DNA of 64,000 nt, from the IMG/VR virus record IMGVR_UViG_3300028591_000082; one strand, given 5' to 3'. Source of the stretch: a virus (lineage: Duplodnaviria; Caudoviricetes). The position numbers and the translations under genes are program-made. The notes beneath the pieces were generated by a model that searched no databases, was not told the origin of the DNA, and saw only the letters and a list, made by a program, of their open reading frames with translations. Below, in pieces: positions 55,133 to 64,000 of the stretch; position 1 is the stretch's first letter; the number at the start of each line of letters is the position of its first letter.

Positions 55133-55307
55133 AATTTATCTCCTGCCTAAACGGTGCTATAGTGCTCTAAGGCGATGTGCGTGTTTAGGTCTTTATACCA
55201 ATAGTTTATAATATAAAAAAATTTAAGTCAATCAAATTACTTTGATTTTATTTTAACTTTGTTTTTGATATATAAAAAATTATAACAAATTATTTTTAAA
55301 AGTAAAT

Positions 55308-55334
55308 AAAAAAGGCGACCTAATTAGGTCGCCT
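55308..55334 (-). terminator. Intrinsic terminator
   Basis: AGGCGACC-TAATTA-GGTCGCCT with T-run on the minus strand. Confidence 0.8.
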
Positions 55335-55354
55335 ATATTTGCAAAAATATCTAA

Positions 55355-56473
55355 TTAAAGAGAAAGAATTGCAATACTCTCTTTAATTGCTCCAACATCT
55401 GTTTCATTATTCTTTGAGCTTGATTCAATTGCTGTAAGAAGAGCATTTATTTTTGAAACAAGTTTTTCATCTTCAATCTTGTCAGCTGCTGTTTCAAGTG
55501 CTTTCTTAAGCTTTTCTACGTCACTATCTTTAGCTGCAAGCTTTTCATCTTCTTTTTTCTCTTTATCGTCTTCACCTTCGAAATCGTCATCGCTCAAAGC
55601 TTCTTCGATAATAGATTTCTTGTCTGAAAGATATTCACTTTCTTCGATAATTTTATTAATTTCATCTGCAAGTTCTTTTCTTTCTGCAACAAGTTTTGGT
55701 TCTCCAAGAACACTCATTCCAACAAATTCTTTGAATTCGCTTTCATTAAGACCCATAATCATTTCATTATTTCCAACATAGTCTTCAATAACTGTAGGAT
55801 CTTCTGTTTCTTTATATACCTTGATTGCTTCAAGAAGTGCCTTCTTTGCTTCTGAATCTTTTGAGAATTTTGCAACTTTATCTGAAATATCAGAATAAAT
55901 TACTCTTTCTTCATCTTCATCAAGAACTGCTACTTTTACTGGGTGTACAAAATCAATATAGTGAATTGTAGAAACTGGTCTTTCTTCAAGAAGTGCAGAA
56001 TATTCTTCAAAAAGTGATGTTTCTTTAAGTTCATCAAGTTCTTCATTAATTCCGCAAAGTGGTGAATAATCAATTACATCACTAATATTCTTTGAAGCAA
56101 GTGCTTCAACTATTGAATCTTGAAGTTCATTATCATCTTTTTCGAATTCTTCAGAAAGAGCTTCGCCAATTCTTTCTGTATCAACTACTTCTTCATTAAA
56201 GTAATCACTAACTGCTTCTCTAAGTGAATTTGTTTCCTTCTCTAATTCAATATTTTCAAAATTTTCAAAAACAAAAGTATTGCCATCAAAACTGTAATCA
56301 GCAGTATAAATATTACCATTTGTATGGTCTGCAAGCAACACTTTATCCTCAAACATTTCCATAAGAACGGCGTTTGAGCTTTCATTTATAATTTTTCTTG
56401 CAAGCTTTTCAACCATTCTATTGCTATGTGCTATAGTATCTGATAATTTGCTAATTGTCATAGTAATCTCCAT
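55355..56473 (-). CDS. Acidic helical protein, possible prohead core/scaffold
   Basis: Very E-rich, downstream of portal; function is inference. Confidence 0.55.
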   Translation of the reverse strand: MEITMTISKLSDTIAHSNRMVEKLARKIINESSNAVLMEMFEDKVLLADHTNGNIYTADYSFDGNTFVFENFENIELEKETNSLREAVSDYFNEEVVDTERIGEALSEEFEKDDNELQDSIVEALASKNISDVIDYSPLCGINEELDELKETSLFEEYSALLEERPVSTIHYIDFVHPVKVAVLDEDEERVIYSDISDKVAKFSKDSEAKKALLEAIKVYKETEDPTVIEDYVGNNEMIMGLNESEFKEFVGMSVLGEPKLVAERKELADEINKIIEESEYLSDKKSIIEEALSDDDFEGEDDKEKKEDEKLAAKDSDVEKLKKALETAADKIEDEKLVSKINALLTAIESSSKNNETDVGAIKESIAILSL

Positions 56474-56496
56474 TTATACTTTTAACTTTGTCGTTT

Positions 56497-56907
56497 TTAT
56501 AGTTTATATATAGTTCTAGACAATTCAAGACTTCTGCGCTTAATTACGTTAAATTCTTTTTTAAGTATTTGAATTTTATCTATAACAAATGGGTTACTAT
56601 ATTCATCTTTTAACGATATATTTCTTACATAGACTTTATTTTTTTCTATTTTTTCAACAACAAGGACATCCCCTCTTGTGATATCCTTAAATACTTTTAA
56701 TAAAGGTGATTTTTCTTTTATAAGAATCTTTTTCCATTGTTGACTAGAAGCACTAGGAACAGTCATTCTTATTCCATCAATAATATAATTATTTTTTTTC
56801 AAAACAAATTGGGTTTTGTAAGTCTCAAGCATATCACCTGGACTTACAATTTCAATTTCATTATTAATTTTTTTTAATATGTCATTAATGGTTTTTTCAT
56901 ATTTCAT
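56497..56907 (-). CDS. Hypothetical protein
   Basis: ATGA overlap with portal. Confidence 0.7.
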   Translation of the reverse strand: MKYEKTINDILKKINNEIEIVSPGDMLETYKTQFVLKKNNYIIDGIRMTVPSASSQQWKKILIKEKSPLLKVFKDITRGDVLVVEKIEKNKVYVRNISLKDEYSNPFVIDKIQILKKEFNVIKRRSLELSRTIYKL

Positions 56908-58907
56908 TTTAAGGTCTTTGTTTCCTCGCTTTCTGTAAGTACTTCTTCTGCCTTTTTACCTTTTCCTTTCTGTTTAACTCTAGAATAAACACTAAATGAA
57001 TGAGAATCATATTTTAAACCACCAAGCTCATTTTCATAAAGTAATGAAATTGCTTCATCATTTGTAGTTTTTACTTTTTTAACACCCATTGCTTTCTGCA
57101 TTTCTGTAAGAATTTCGGCATTAAAATCTTCTTCTCTATTTACTTCTTTTAGTATCTTTTGCTCTTCGTTATATTCGTCCAAAGCCTTAAATAATTTACC
57201 GATATCTTGTTTATGTTCAAGAAGAACATCTTTTCCAAACATTTTTACGATAAGTTCCTGATTAATTACATTTTCTGAACCATCTATTGGTTGCTGACCA
57301 GGTTGTTGTGCATTATTATCTGGAGTTAGAGATGGCTGCATTCCCATATCTGGAGCTCCACCAATACCACCAGTCATTCCACCACCTATGCCACCACCAG
57401 GCATTCCACCAGCTGCTTGAGCTGCTGCATTATTTTCAACACTCTTAAAGAATGACAAATCATTTATTTCTTTGTTTGTCATTTTCATTACGTATTTTAG
57501 AATAAATTTACTTGGGAATAATTGTGTAGACATCATAGCAGAAATAAGAGACATTTTTTGATTAAGATATTCAATATCCATTATTTCCTTGATATTTGAA
57601 GGAGATGTTAATTCTATTTTAAAGTTTTTAAGATCATCTTTCTTCTTTTTCTTAAAGAAAAGCTCAATTGCTGCAAGCTTTATAAGTCCTTCTTCTATAT
57701 AATACTGAATTCTTTCAGCAAATCTTGCGAACTTAATATCCTGCATAGCAAGAGAACCACGTCCACCAGCACCAGCACCATTTCCATCTGAAGAACCTAA
57801 GTACTCTGGCGGAATATTCATTGTCCAAAGAATTTGATCTTTAAAGTATTTAATATCATCTATATTATTAAGAGCGTTTCCAGCTTGAAGTGTATCAATT
57901 ACTGTTGCTGCTCCATTATCCTTAACTGGAAGGAAAATATCTTGAGTAATTGCAAGAGCAGCTGCTTTTCTATCAATATTTCCTCTTTCGTCAAGAACCT
58001 GGCTTGTTCTGTAAGAATCTCTAATCTTTTGAACATATCTAAGCGCTTCATTTTTAGGAAGATTCCCTACTGGAATCTTAAATACTCTTCTTTCTGGAAC
58101 ACGAGCCATCCTATAAATAACCATTCCGTCTTCAAGAAGCTGTAATCTATTATATACTTTTATACCTGATTTTAAAAGCGAACCACCATAAGGATAAAAA
58201 TCTTTATCTGCAATTCTAAAGTGAATAATTTGCCAAGGTTCAAGTTTGTAAACTACATTTTTATTTTCTGTATCATTTGTGAGATCTGTATTTACATAAT
58301 TAAAAGTGTTTTGTTCATCTGAAGTTTCTGTAGAGTATGTATAAAATGCAAGTTTACCATTCTTTTCAATTCTGTTTACTTTTGTAGGATCAAGATAACG
58401 AATTCTTGCAACCATTGTTGGCTTATCATAACTATCTGGAATTACTTCATAGAAGTTATCACCAAGTTTACAAGTTTCATATACTATAGACCATAATTCT
58501 TTATTAAAATTAAGTCTATTATAAAATAAATCTTCAAGAATTTCTTTTATTTCATCATCATCAGAATTAATTTTTACTGTATGACCTTCTTGGTTTTTCT
58601 GAGAGCAATCATCAGCAATAATTTGCAAACCTCTATGAATAAAATTACAATTACTCATATCCTGGAATGTCTGATAATATTCTTTTCTATTTATTTTTCC
58701 TTCTTTTGAGAGAAATGTATTATTGTTTTGAAAACTAAAATCAACATTTATTAACGAATCTGAATCAAAGTTTTCGAGTTCTTTTACTTCTTTTTTGCTT
58801 GCTTCTACTTTAAGTGTTTCAGGAAGTGCATCTATTGGATTCATTTTTCTCTGAATCTCTTCAGCCTTCCTGAAATTTATATTTACATCCTTTCCGTTAA
58901 CAATCAT
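56904..58907 (-). CDS. Portal protein, T4 gp20-like
   Basis: LED.MVIYR..R.PERRVF.I.VGNLP, D.FLP, IDTL..G, DI.YF, DIKF..F. Confidence 0.92.
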   Translation of the reverse strand: MIVNGKDVNINFRKAEEIQRKMNPIDALPETLKVEASKKEVKELENFDSDSLINVDFSFQNNNTFLSKEGKINRKEYYQTFQDMSNCNFIHRGLQIIADDCSQKNQEGHTVKINSDDDEIKEILEDLFYNRLNFNKELWSIVYETCKLGDNFYEVIPDSYDKPTMVARIRYLDPTKVNRIEKNGKLAFYTYSTETSDEQNTFNYVNTDLTNDTENKNVVYKLEPWQIIHFRIADKDFYPYGGSLLKSGIKVYNRLQLLEDGMVIYRMARVPERRVFKIPVGNLPKNEALRYVQKIRDSYRTSQVLDERGNIDRKAAALAITQDIFLPVKDNGAATVIDTLQAGNALNNIDDIKYFKDQILWTMNIPPEYLGSSDGNGAGAGGRGSLAMQDIKFARFAERIQYYIEEGLIKLAAIELFFKKKKKDDLKNFKIELTSPSNIKEIMDIEYLNQKMSLISAMMSTQLFPSKFILKYVMKMTNKEINDLSFFKSVENNAAAQAAGGMPGGGIGGGMTGGIGGAPDMGMQPSLTPDNNAQQPGQQPIDGSENVINQELIVKMFGKDVLLEHKQDIGKLFKALDEYNEEQKILKEVNREEDFNAEILTEMQKAMGVKKVKTTNDEAISLLYENELGGLKYDSHSFSVYSRVKQKGKGKKAEEVLTESEETKTLK

Positions 58908-58942
58908 TAAAAAATCTCCAGGTCTACTATGTTAACTTTTTT

Positions 58943-59425
58943 TTAGATTCTAACGTTTCTTTTCGGAAGCTTATTTAATGTAGATAAAGTTGATAATCTA
59001 TTTGCAACACTTTCATATGATAAATACATATCATCACCATTGTTTCCAATAAATCTAAAATATTTTACAGGCATTTCTTTTTCAATTAAGTGAATTGTAT
59101 TAAAATCAGACTTAATAAATAATTCAGTTATGTTATCTTCAAGTGCATCTGCAAGAGCTATAAACCTAAATTTTAAATAACCTTCTAAATTATTTATATA
59201 TTCATTATACATACCACCAGTAGAGTTTAACAGATCATTTTGATATTCTGTCAATTTTTCCAGTATTCTTGGCTCCCAAATTGTAATAAATTTACCAAGG
59301 AATCTGGCAAATTCACTATTATTAATAGCAATAAATGAAATATCATCTTCAAATTCTATTCGAAAATCATTTACTCTGCCATAATCTACATCAAGTTTTA
59401 TTTCTTTTATAAATATTCTTCTCAT
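58943..59425 (-). CDS. Tagged protein between portal and terminase (RNVRI)
   Basis: No Cys motif; terminal Ile is encoded by ATC. Confidence 0.65.
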   Translation of the reverse strand: MRRIFIKEIKLDVDYGRVNDFRIEFEDDISFIAINNSEFARFLGKFITIWEPRILEKLTEYQNDLLNSTGGMYNEYINNLEGYLKFRFIALADALEDNITELFIKSDFNTIHLIEKEMPVKYFRFIGNNGDDMYLSYESVANRLSTLSTLNKLPKRNVRI

Positions 59426-59464
59426 AATAAAAAATTTTAAACATTGTTTAAAAAAAGTCAAGTA

Positions 59465-59860
59465 TTATATCTTAACAATACATCTACTAGCAACTGTTCT
59501 TTTTTTTGCTTTTACAAGTGCACTTACACAAATATTTGAAAAAACCTGTTTAAAATATATAGTTCTTCCATTATATGTATTAATTATAAAATCTCTTGAT
59601 GCTAATTCTTCAAGAATAAATTGACCAAAAAGACTAACTATAGTCATTCCAATGCTATATGATACTCTATTTGAAATATACATTGGATTGTTATTAATCT
59701 TTTCTATAAATTTTCTAATTATATTTTCAAAAGTTGGAGATATTATTATTAATTTTTTTGTTCTTGGTGTAAATTCAATATTTACATCACCATTTGTTCT
59801 TTCGATACCACTAATAAAAAATTTTCCAACATTAAAAAAATCAGCTTCAAGCATAAACAT
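59465..59860 (-). CDS. Tagged protein between portal and terminase (RCIVKI), leaderless
   Basis: TTGATT-17-TATAAT-6-ATG. Confidence 0.65.
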   Translation of the reverse strand: MFMLEADFFNVGKFFISGIERTNGDVNIEFTPRTKKLIIISPTFENIIRKFIEKINNNPMYISNRVSYSIGMTIVSLFGQFILEELASRDFIINTYNGRTIYFKQVFSNICVSALVKAKKRTVASRCIVKI

Positions 59861-59925
59861 ATTTATATTATACTATACACTAATATTTAAATCAAGTTAA
59901 ATAAGGAAACGAGCAGAAAAAAAGT

Positions 59926-61836
59926 ATGAATGAAATAGAAAAAAAATTTTCGGATGCTATAAAATATAAAATAAAACATTATTCAATAAATACAACATAT
60001 GAAAAAGTTCTAGCACATGCAAAAAATAAATTTGTAGAAACGGTATATCCAGATGGAGAAAGAGAACTTATAGATATAGGATGTGAAAAATTTTTATATC
60101 AAATGTCTCCATTACTTTTTCTTGAAAAATGGTGCTTTTTTGATTTGCCTGGTGTTGGAAGAATTTCTTGTAAACATTTATATTATTTTCAAAAAGAAAT
60201 TTTAAAAGATTTTACAAACTATCAAAGAATTGTGCTTTGTAAATCACGTCAGGTTGGTCTTTCTACACTTACTTCTCTTATATTTTTTTGGAAAGCTGTA
60301 TGTTTTTCAAGAGAATGGCTTGTTGTTATATCAAAAGACGCTAAATCATCTATGGAAGTTCTTGAAAAAATTAAAACAAATTTTGATTGTATTCCACCTT
60401 GGTTCGGATTAAGTGTTACAAAAAATAATACAGAAAGTTGTGCGTTTTCAAACAGAAGTAAAATAGATAGCTTTGCTCGTTCAAAATCTGCTGGTCGTGG
60501 TTGTTCTCCAACAATGGCACTTCTTGATGAGTGTGCTTTCTATACAACTGATAAAATAGTACAGGGAATTGTATCATCTGTAGTTCCTTCTCTTTCTAAA
60601 ACTGGTGGTAGAATGTTTGTAATTTCTACGCCTAATGGAAATATACCAGGTTCAGAGGGATATTGGTATTATGACCAAGTAAGACAGCTTAAAGATTGTG
60701 GCGGAAAAGATGGAAGTGCTATATTATATGATGTAAGTTGGTGGGAAATACCAGATATGGAAGAACCACCAATACCTCCATTTAAAGGATTTAATAAAAA
60801 ACTTCAAGAATATATAGATCGTGATTACTTTAATCATCCAGAAGTAAAAAGAGAAGCTGAAGCATTTTTTGAGCCAATCGCAAGAGATTGGAAAAATAAT
60901 GATTGGCTTAAATTCCAACATTCTTCTTCTGGTGAAGTAAAATACCGTCAGGAAATTCTTAAAGACTTCGTAATCATGGAGAATACTGTATTCTCTGCTG
61001 AAATTATCGAAAGAACAAAAAAGAAAATAAAAGAGCCTATTGAAATGAACGTTCTTGAAGGTAGAAGTTTTAAAAACTTCTGGGTTTGGAAAAAACCAGA
61101 AATTAATAAAAAATATATAGTTTCAATAGATGTTTCAAAAGGTACATCAAATGACTCTTCTGTAATAGAAGTTCTTGATATGACTACCTTGGAACAAGTA
61201 GCTGAATATTTTGGAAAATGTACAACTATGGATTTAGCAAGATATGCCTATAATATAGGTACTTATTATAATCAGGCATATGTAGTTGTAGAATGTAACT
61301 CTATTGGTGAAGCAACTTTTAGTGAACTTTATTATAATCTTAATTATCCAAATCTTTATAAACAAAAGAAAGTAAAAGAAGGAAGAGAAATTTGGACTGG
61401 ATGGATGACTACTCAAAAATCAAGAGAGTTGATAACATCAAAACTTATAGATTATTTTTATGAAGATGATTTATGGGCAGCATTTTCACCTCATTCTGAA
61501 AGACTTCTTGGACAACTTACTGGTTGGATTTGGAAAGGCGGTAGACCAGATCATCAAACTGGTGGTCACGATGATGCCATATTGTCTTTAGCAATTGGAC
61601 TTTATAATATTGATAAAGCAAAAACAGAAATAATTAATGATAATGATACAGTATTTATAGACGAAAATGGTAATGATATAATATATAATATGGATACAAA
61701 ATCAGACAAATATTCTGAATTAGAAGAGCGCGGTATTAATGTAAAATATGAACAAAGAAAAATGTATAAAAATGCTGGTATGAATGAAGATATGTTTGAT
61801 GATGGTGAAAATATTATGAATTGGTTACTTAGTTAG
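59926..61836 (+). CDS. terL: Terminase large subunit, T4 gp17-like
   Basis: LY.FQ, KSRQVGLST, LLDECAF, ISTPNG, QE, IDVSKG..D.S, VVE.N, HDD. Confidence 0.95.
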   Translation: MNEIEKKFSDAIKYKIKHYSINTTYEKVLAHAKNKFVETVYPDGERELIDIGCEKFLYQMSPLLFLEKWCFFDLPGVGRISCKHLYYFQKEILKDFTNYQRIVLCKSRQVGLSTLTSLIFFWKAVCFSREWLVVISKDAKSSMEVLEKIKTNFDCIPPWFGLSVTKNNTESCAFSNRSKIDSFARSKSAGRGCSPTMALLDECAFYTTDKIVQGIVSSVVPSLSKTGGRMFVISTPNGNIPGSEGYWYYDQVRQLKDCGGKDGSAILYDVSWWEIPDMEEPPIPPFKGFNKKLQEYIDRDYFNHPEVKREAEAFFEPIARDWKNNDWLKFQHSSSGEVKYRQEILKDFVIMENTVFSAEIIERTKKKIKEPIEMNVLEGRSFKNFWVWKKPEINKKYIVSIDVSKGTSNDSSVIEVLDMTTLEQVAEYFGKCTTMDLARYAYNIGTYYNQAYVVVECNSIGEATFSELYYNLNYPNLYKQKKVKEGREIWTGWMTTQKSRELITSKLIDYFYEDDLWAAFSPHSERLLGQLTGWIWKGGRPDHQTGGHDDAILSLAIGLYNIDKAKTEIINDNDTVFIDENGNDIIYNMDTKSDKYSELEERGINVKYEQRKMYKNAGMNEDMFDDGENIMNWLLS

Positions 61837-62219
61837 ACTTTAAAAAATAATAAACCTTTCTTTTCTTTAAAATTCTTTATTGCAGATTTTTTATAATGTC
61901 TTATATATCTAAGTGATGCTGGATATTTTTCTTTTATTTCTTTATAAATATCCAGTTTTTCTTTTTTTGCTTTTTCTGCTGCATTAAAAATTTCTTTTAT
62001 TTTTTTAATTTCTTTTGAATTTTTTACATAATTTATATTATAGCCGAGAATATCATGCTGATTTGGAATTTCTTTACCTCTTCCATTAAATCTATAATTA
62101 TCATCTAATATAAGAATTTTTGGATTTGGATCGTTTTTGTAATTATCGTATGAGAACTTTGCAGTTCTCATATCTTCTGTGATAACTAAACTTAAATCCT
62201 CGGCTTCTTCAAACTTCAT
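61833..62219 (-). CDS. Basic hypothetical protein (F.Y...K.DP.P.IL...G.N.NY...RHY)
   Basis: ORF; pattern loosely recalls T4 gp2-type end-protector proteins, unproven. Confidence 0.6.
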   Translation of the reverse strand: MKFEEAEDLSLVITEDMRTAKFSYDNYKNDPNPKILILDDNYRFNGRGKEIPNQHDILGYNINYVKNSKEIKKIKEIFNAAEKAKKEKLDIYKEIKEKYPASLRYIRHYKKSAIKNFKEKKGLLFFKV

Positions 62220-63148
62220 ACTTTTAACTTAGTTCTTATAGTTTGTGCTATTTCTCTTATTTCTGTCTGAGCATGTGGGTCATCTCTAAGAGCTATAAAT
62301 TTTTTCCAATCATTTGTAGTACCAGTTACAACAATAATTGTAGCTGCAGCATTTGGAAGTACCTCTCTAGCATCTTCTGGTTTAAGCCCATCATCTATAA
62401 GATCGAAATATTCAAGTTCTGCATGTTCAAAAGCATTTTTAAAAATATTTTCAATTGATTCATCATCTGCTGCGGGGGTCTTTTTATTACACTTAAATTT
62501 TGGCATAATAAAATTTATTGAGTGATCAAATTTATCATTAGAGAAATTACAGTATCTTTGACTCTGTTGTGAAAACGATAATGAACGATGACGTACTATT
62601 TGATGACTTGTTGAACGATTACAAACAATATTAAATGTTTTACTATCATGAAGCTCTTTTATACCTTCTGGTATATCTTCTTCTTTTATGTATTCAGCAC
62701 ATACTGGATAATTCAATGTAGCACCTTCTACATTATATGTAGTTTTAAGATCCCTTGTAAATATATATGGATATAATTCTTTAAGAATTGTATATGTTCC
62801 ATTATCATAATATATTTCTGGAGCATTTGTTGCATCCAACCAACCCCTTATATTTGATGAAACATATATAATTCCTTCTTCTCCTTGAGAAATATTAAAA
62901 AATTTCATATGATCTCTTTGAGAAATTGTTGCAAATGGGTCTCCTTTTCTAAGATCATATTTTATACATACTCTTTCGTGTTCTAGAACAGAACAGTGAC
63001 CACTTTTAACAACATTAGATATAAACTTTATGTATGAAGTATCATTTATGTTAGAATCACTTTTATAACATGTTCTACCAGCAATCTCTATTTTTTTACC
63101 AGGTGTTTTATTAATTATTTCTTCTACACTACTTTCTATTATATTCAT
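62216..63148 (-). CDS. thyX: Flavin-dependent thymidylate synthase, leaderless
   Basis: AGRTCY, GH.SVLEH, HQIVRHR..SFSQQSQRY, AR.VLP, AQ.EIR; TTGACT-17-TATAAT-7-ATG. Confidence 0.93.
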   Translation of the reverse strand: MNIIESSVEEIINKTPGKKIEIAGRTCYKSDSNINDTSYIKFISNVVKSGHCSVLEHERVCIKYDLRKGDPFATISQRDHMKFFNISQGEEGIIYVSSNIRGWLDATNAPEIYYDNGTYTILKELYPYIFTRDLKTTYNVEGATLNYPVCAEYIKEEDIPEGIKELHDSKTFNIVCNRSTSHQIVRHRSLSFSQQSQRYCNFSNDKFDHSINFIMPKFKCNKKTPAADDESIENIFKNAFEHAELEYFDLIDDGLKPEDAREVLPNAAATIIVVTGTTNDWKKFIALRDDPHAQTEIREIAQTIRTKLKV

Positions 63149-63207
63149 AAAAATAATTATATTATTATGATATTTACAAGTCAAGTTAAAAATAAAAAGG
63201 AGTTGAA

Positions 63208-63942
63208 ATGTGGATAAAAAGAATAAAATCATTATTGCCATTATTATTGGTAGCGTTTTGCTTTATGCAGCAGGCTTTGGCACAGCCTATTTTATCGGAA
63301 AATTTAAATACACAAGAAGTATCGATAAACTTGAACGAATTCTTGGGGATGGAGAGTATACTGGAACCAGAGTTTATGAAGGACTCGAACAAAGACTCAA
63401 AGAGCTCGACGGATTTAGAGAAACAACAGCAAATATCGAAAAAGACACAGACAAATGCCTCGACACTGTTAAACAATCAAGACTTACTATTGGACAACTT
63501 GGAAATACAGTGGAAAGAATTGGAGCTACAAGTACAGGCATTGGAGATACAATCAGACAGCTTAAAGAAGGACAATCAAAAACTAGAGAATATGTTGTCG
63601 AGCTCGAAAACAACAATATCAAACTTGAGACAGAACTTAGACGAATACAAGATAGCGTTAGAGAGCAATAAAGAAGATACAGGATATATTGTAGCATTAT
63701 TTGCAGATGCACAAAATGAATTACAAAATATAAAAGAATATGTTGCACAACTAGAACATTCTAAAGCAAAGCTTAAAAATATAAGAATAACAACTGGTGT
63801 ATTTACTAGTGCTGGAATTGCAATGTTTTTCTGTGCGGATCTTATACAAGACCATGATAAAGTTAAACAATTTTTAAAAAGTTTTGGTATAGGAATGGCT
63901 GCTGCTGGTGGGATTTCATTAGGTGTAAGTTTTATGTTTTAA
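63208..63942 (+). CDS. Signal-peptide coiled-coil protein with C-terminal hydrophobic segments (spanin-like partner)
   Basis: MWIKRIKSLLPLLLVAFC..ALA; heptads; overlaps 63210-63671 in another frame. Confidence 0.65.
   Translation: MWIKRIKSLLPLLLVAFCFMQQALAQPILSENLNTQEVSINLNEFLGMESILEPEFMKDSNKDSKSSTDLEKQQQISKKTQTNASTLLNNQDLLLDNLEIQWKELELQVQALEIQSDSLKKDNQKLENMLSSSKTTISNLRQNLDEYKIALESNKEDTGYIVALFADAQNELQNIKEYVAQLEHSKAKLKNIRITTGVFTSAGIAMFFCADLIQDHDKVKQFLKSFGIGMAAAGGISLGVSFMF
63210..63671 (+). CDS. i-spanin-like protein (N-terminal TM plus coiled coil), nested in 63208-63942
   Basis: MDKKNKIIIAIIIGSVLLYAAGFG; heptads; GTG start sharing the AAGGAG SD. Confidence 0.6.
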   Translation: MDKKNKIIIAIIIGSVLLYAAGFGTAYFIGKFKYTRSIDKLERILGDGEYTGTRVYEGLEQRLKELDGFRETTANIEKDTDKCLDTVKQSRLTIGQLGNTVERIGATSTGIGDTIRQLKEGQSKTREYVVELENNNIKLETELRRIQDSVREQ

Positions 63943-63943
63943 A

Positions 63944-63974
63944 TAAAAAAAGCGGGTTTAAAACCCGCTTTTTT
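63944..63974. terminator. Bidirectional intrinsic terminator
   Basis: A7-GCGGGTTT-A-AAACCCGC-T6. Confidence 0.85.
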
Positions 63975-64000
63975 ATTACTCGTCCCAAGTAAAATCTTCT

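Noticed and set aside
63149-63241. N-terminal extension of ThyX in the ORF track
   Set aside because: It overlaps the divergent genes and a consensus promoter that places the start at 63148
172-63748. Numerous antisense ORFs in the track (e.g. 579-830, 8436-8762, 32010-32714, 43694-44092, 63186-63748)
   Set aside because: They shadow well-supported genes on the other strand, lack SDs and have F/S/L/I-biased composition
1-64000. Stop-codon reassignment
   Set aside because: Core genes are full length in the standard code and TAA, TAG and TGA all terminate genes

Overview
AT-rich segment of a large tailed-phage genome with a T4-like core; no host genes, integrase or CRISPR array were seen. Right half (about 30-64 kb): DnaB/gp41-type helicase, Holliday-junction resolvase, adenine methylase, primase, TIGR02452 macrodomain, 5'-3' exonuclease, family-C DNA polymerase (DnaE), GroES, ClpP, lytic transglycosylase, RecA/UvsX, gp32-type SSB, portal, large terminase, ThyX and an overlapped spanin-like pair. 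The left half is accessory and has three unusual layers. (1) About 37 small, mostly Cys-rich, highly diverged proteins, in two arrays (6.4-13.9 kb and 25.0-28.8 kb) plus strays among core genes, share the C-terminal tag [R/K]-x-[I/T/V/C/A]-[K/x]-I-COOH. (2) A visibly GC-richer island (about 13.9-24.6 kb) is built from about 35 mini transcription units, each driven by a non-canonical promoter TGCACCC-N22-TATAAT (about 42 copies in the window), often with a second box one helical turn upstream. Several units carry no ORF but structured RNAs, including a tRNA-Glu-like gene; others carry three KOW-like paralogues with a conserved leader hairpin and a 46-aa FlgM-like peptide. (3) The island edges carry phased A-tracts and 35-bp and 104-bp tandem repeats. 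All functional calls come from motif recognition by eye; no database search was run and the host is not determined.
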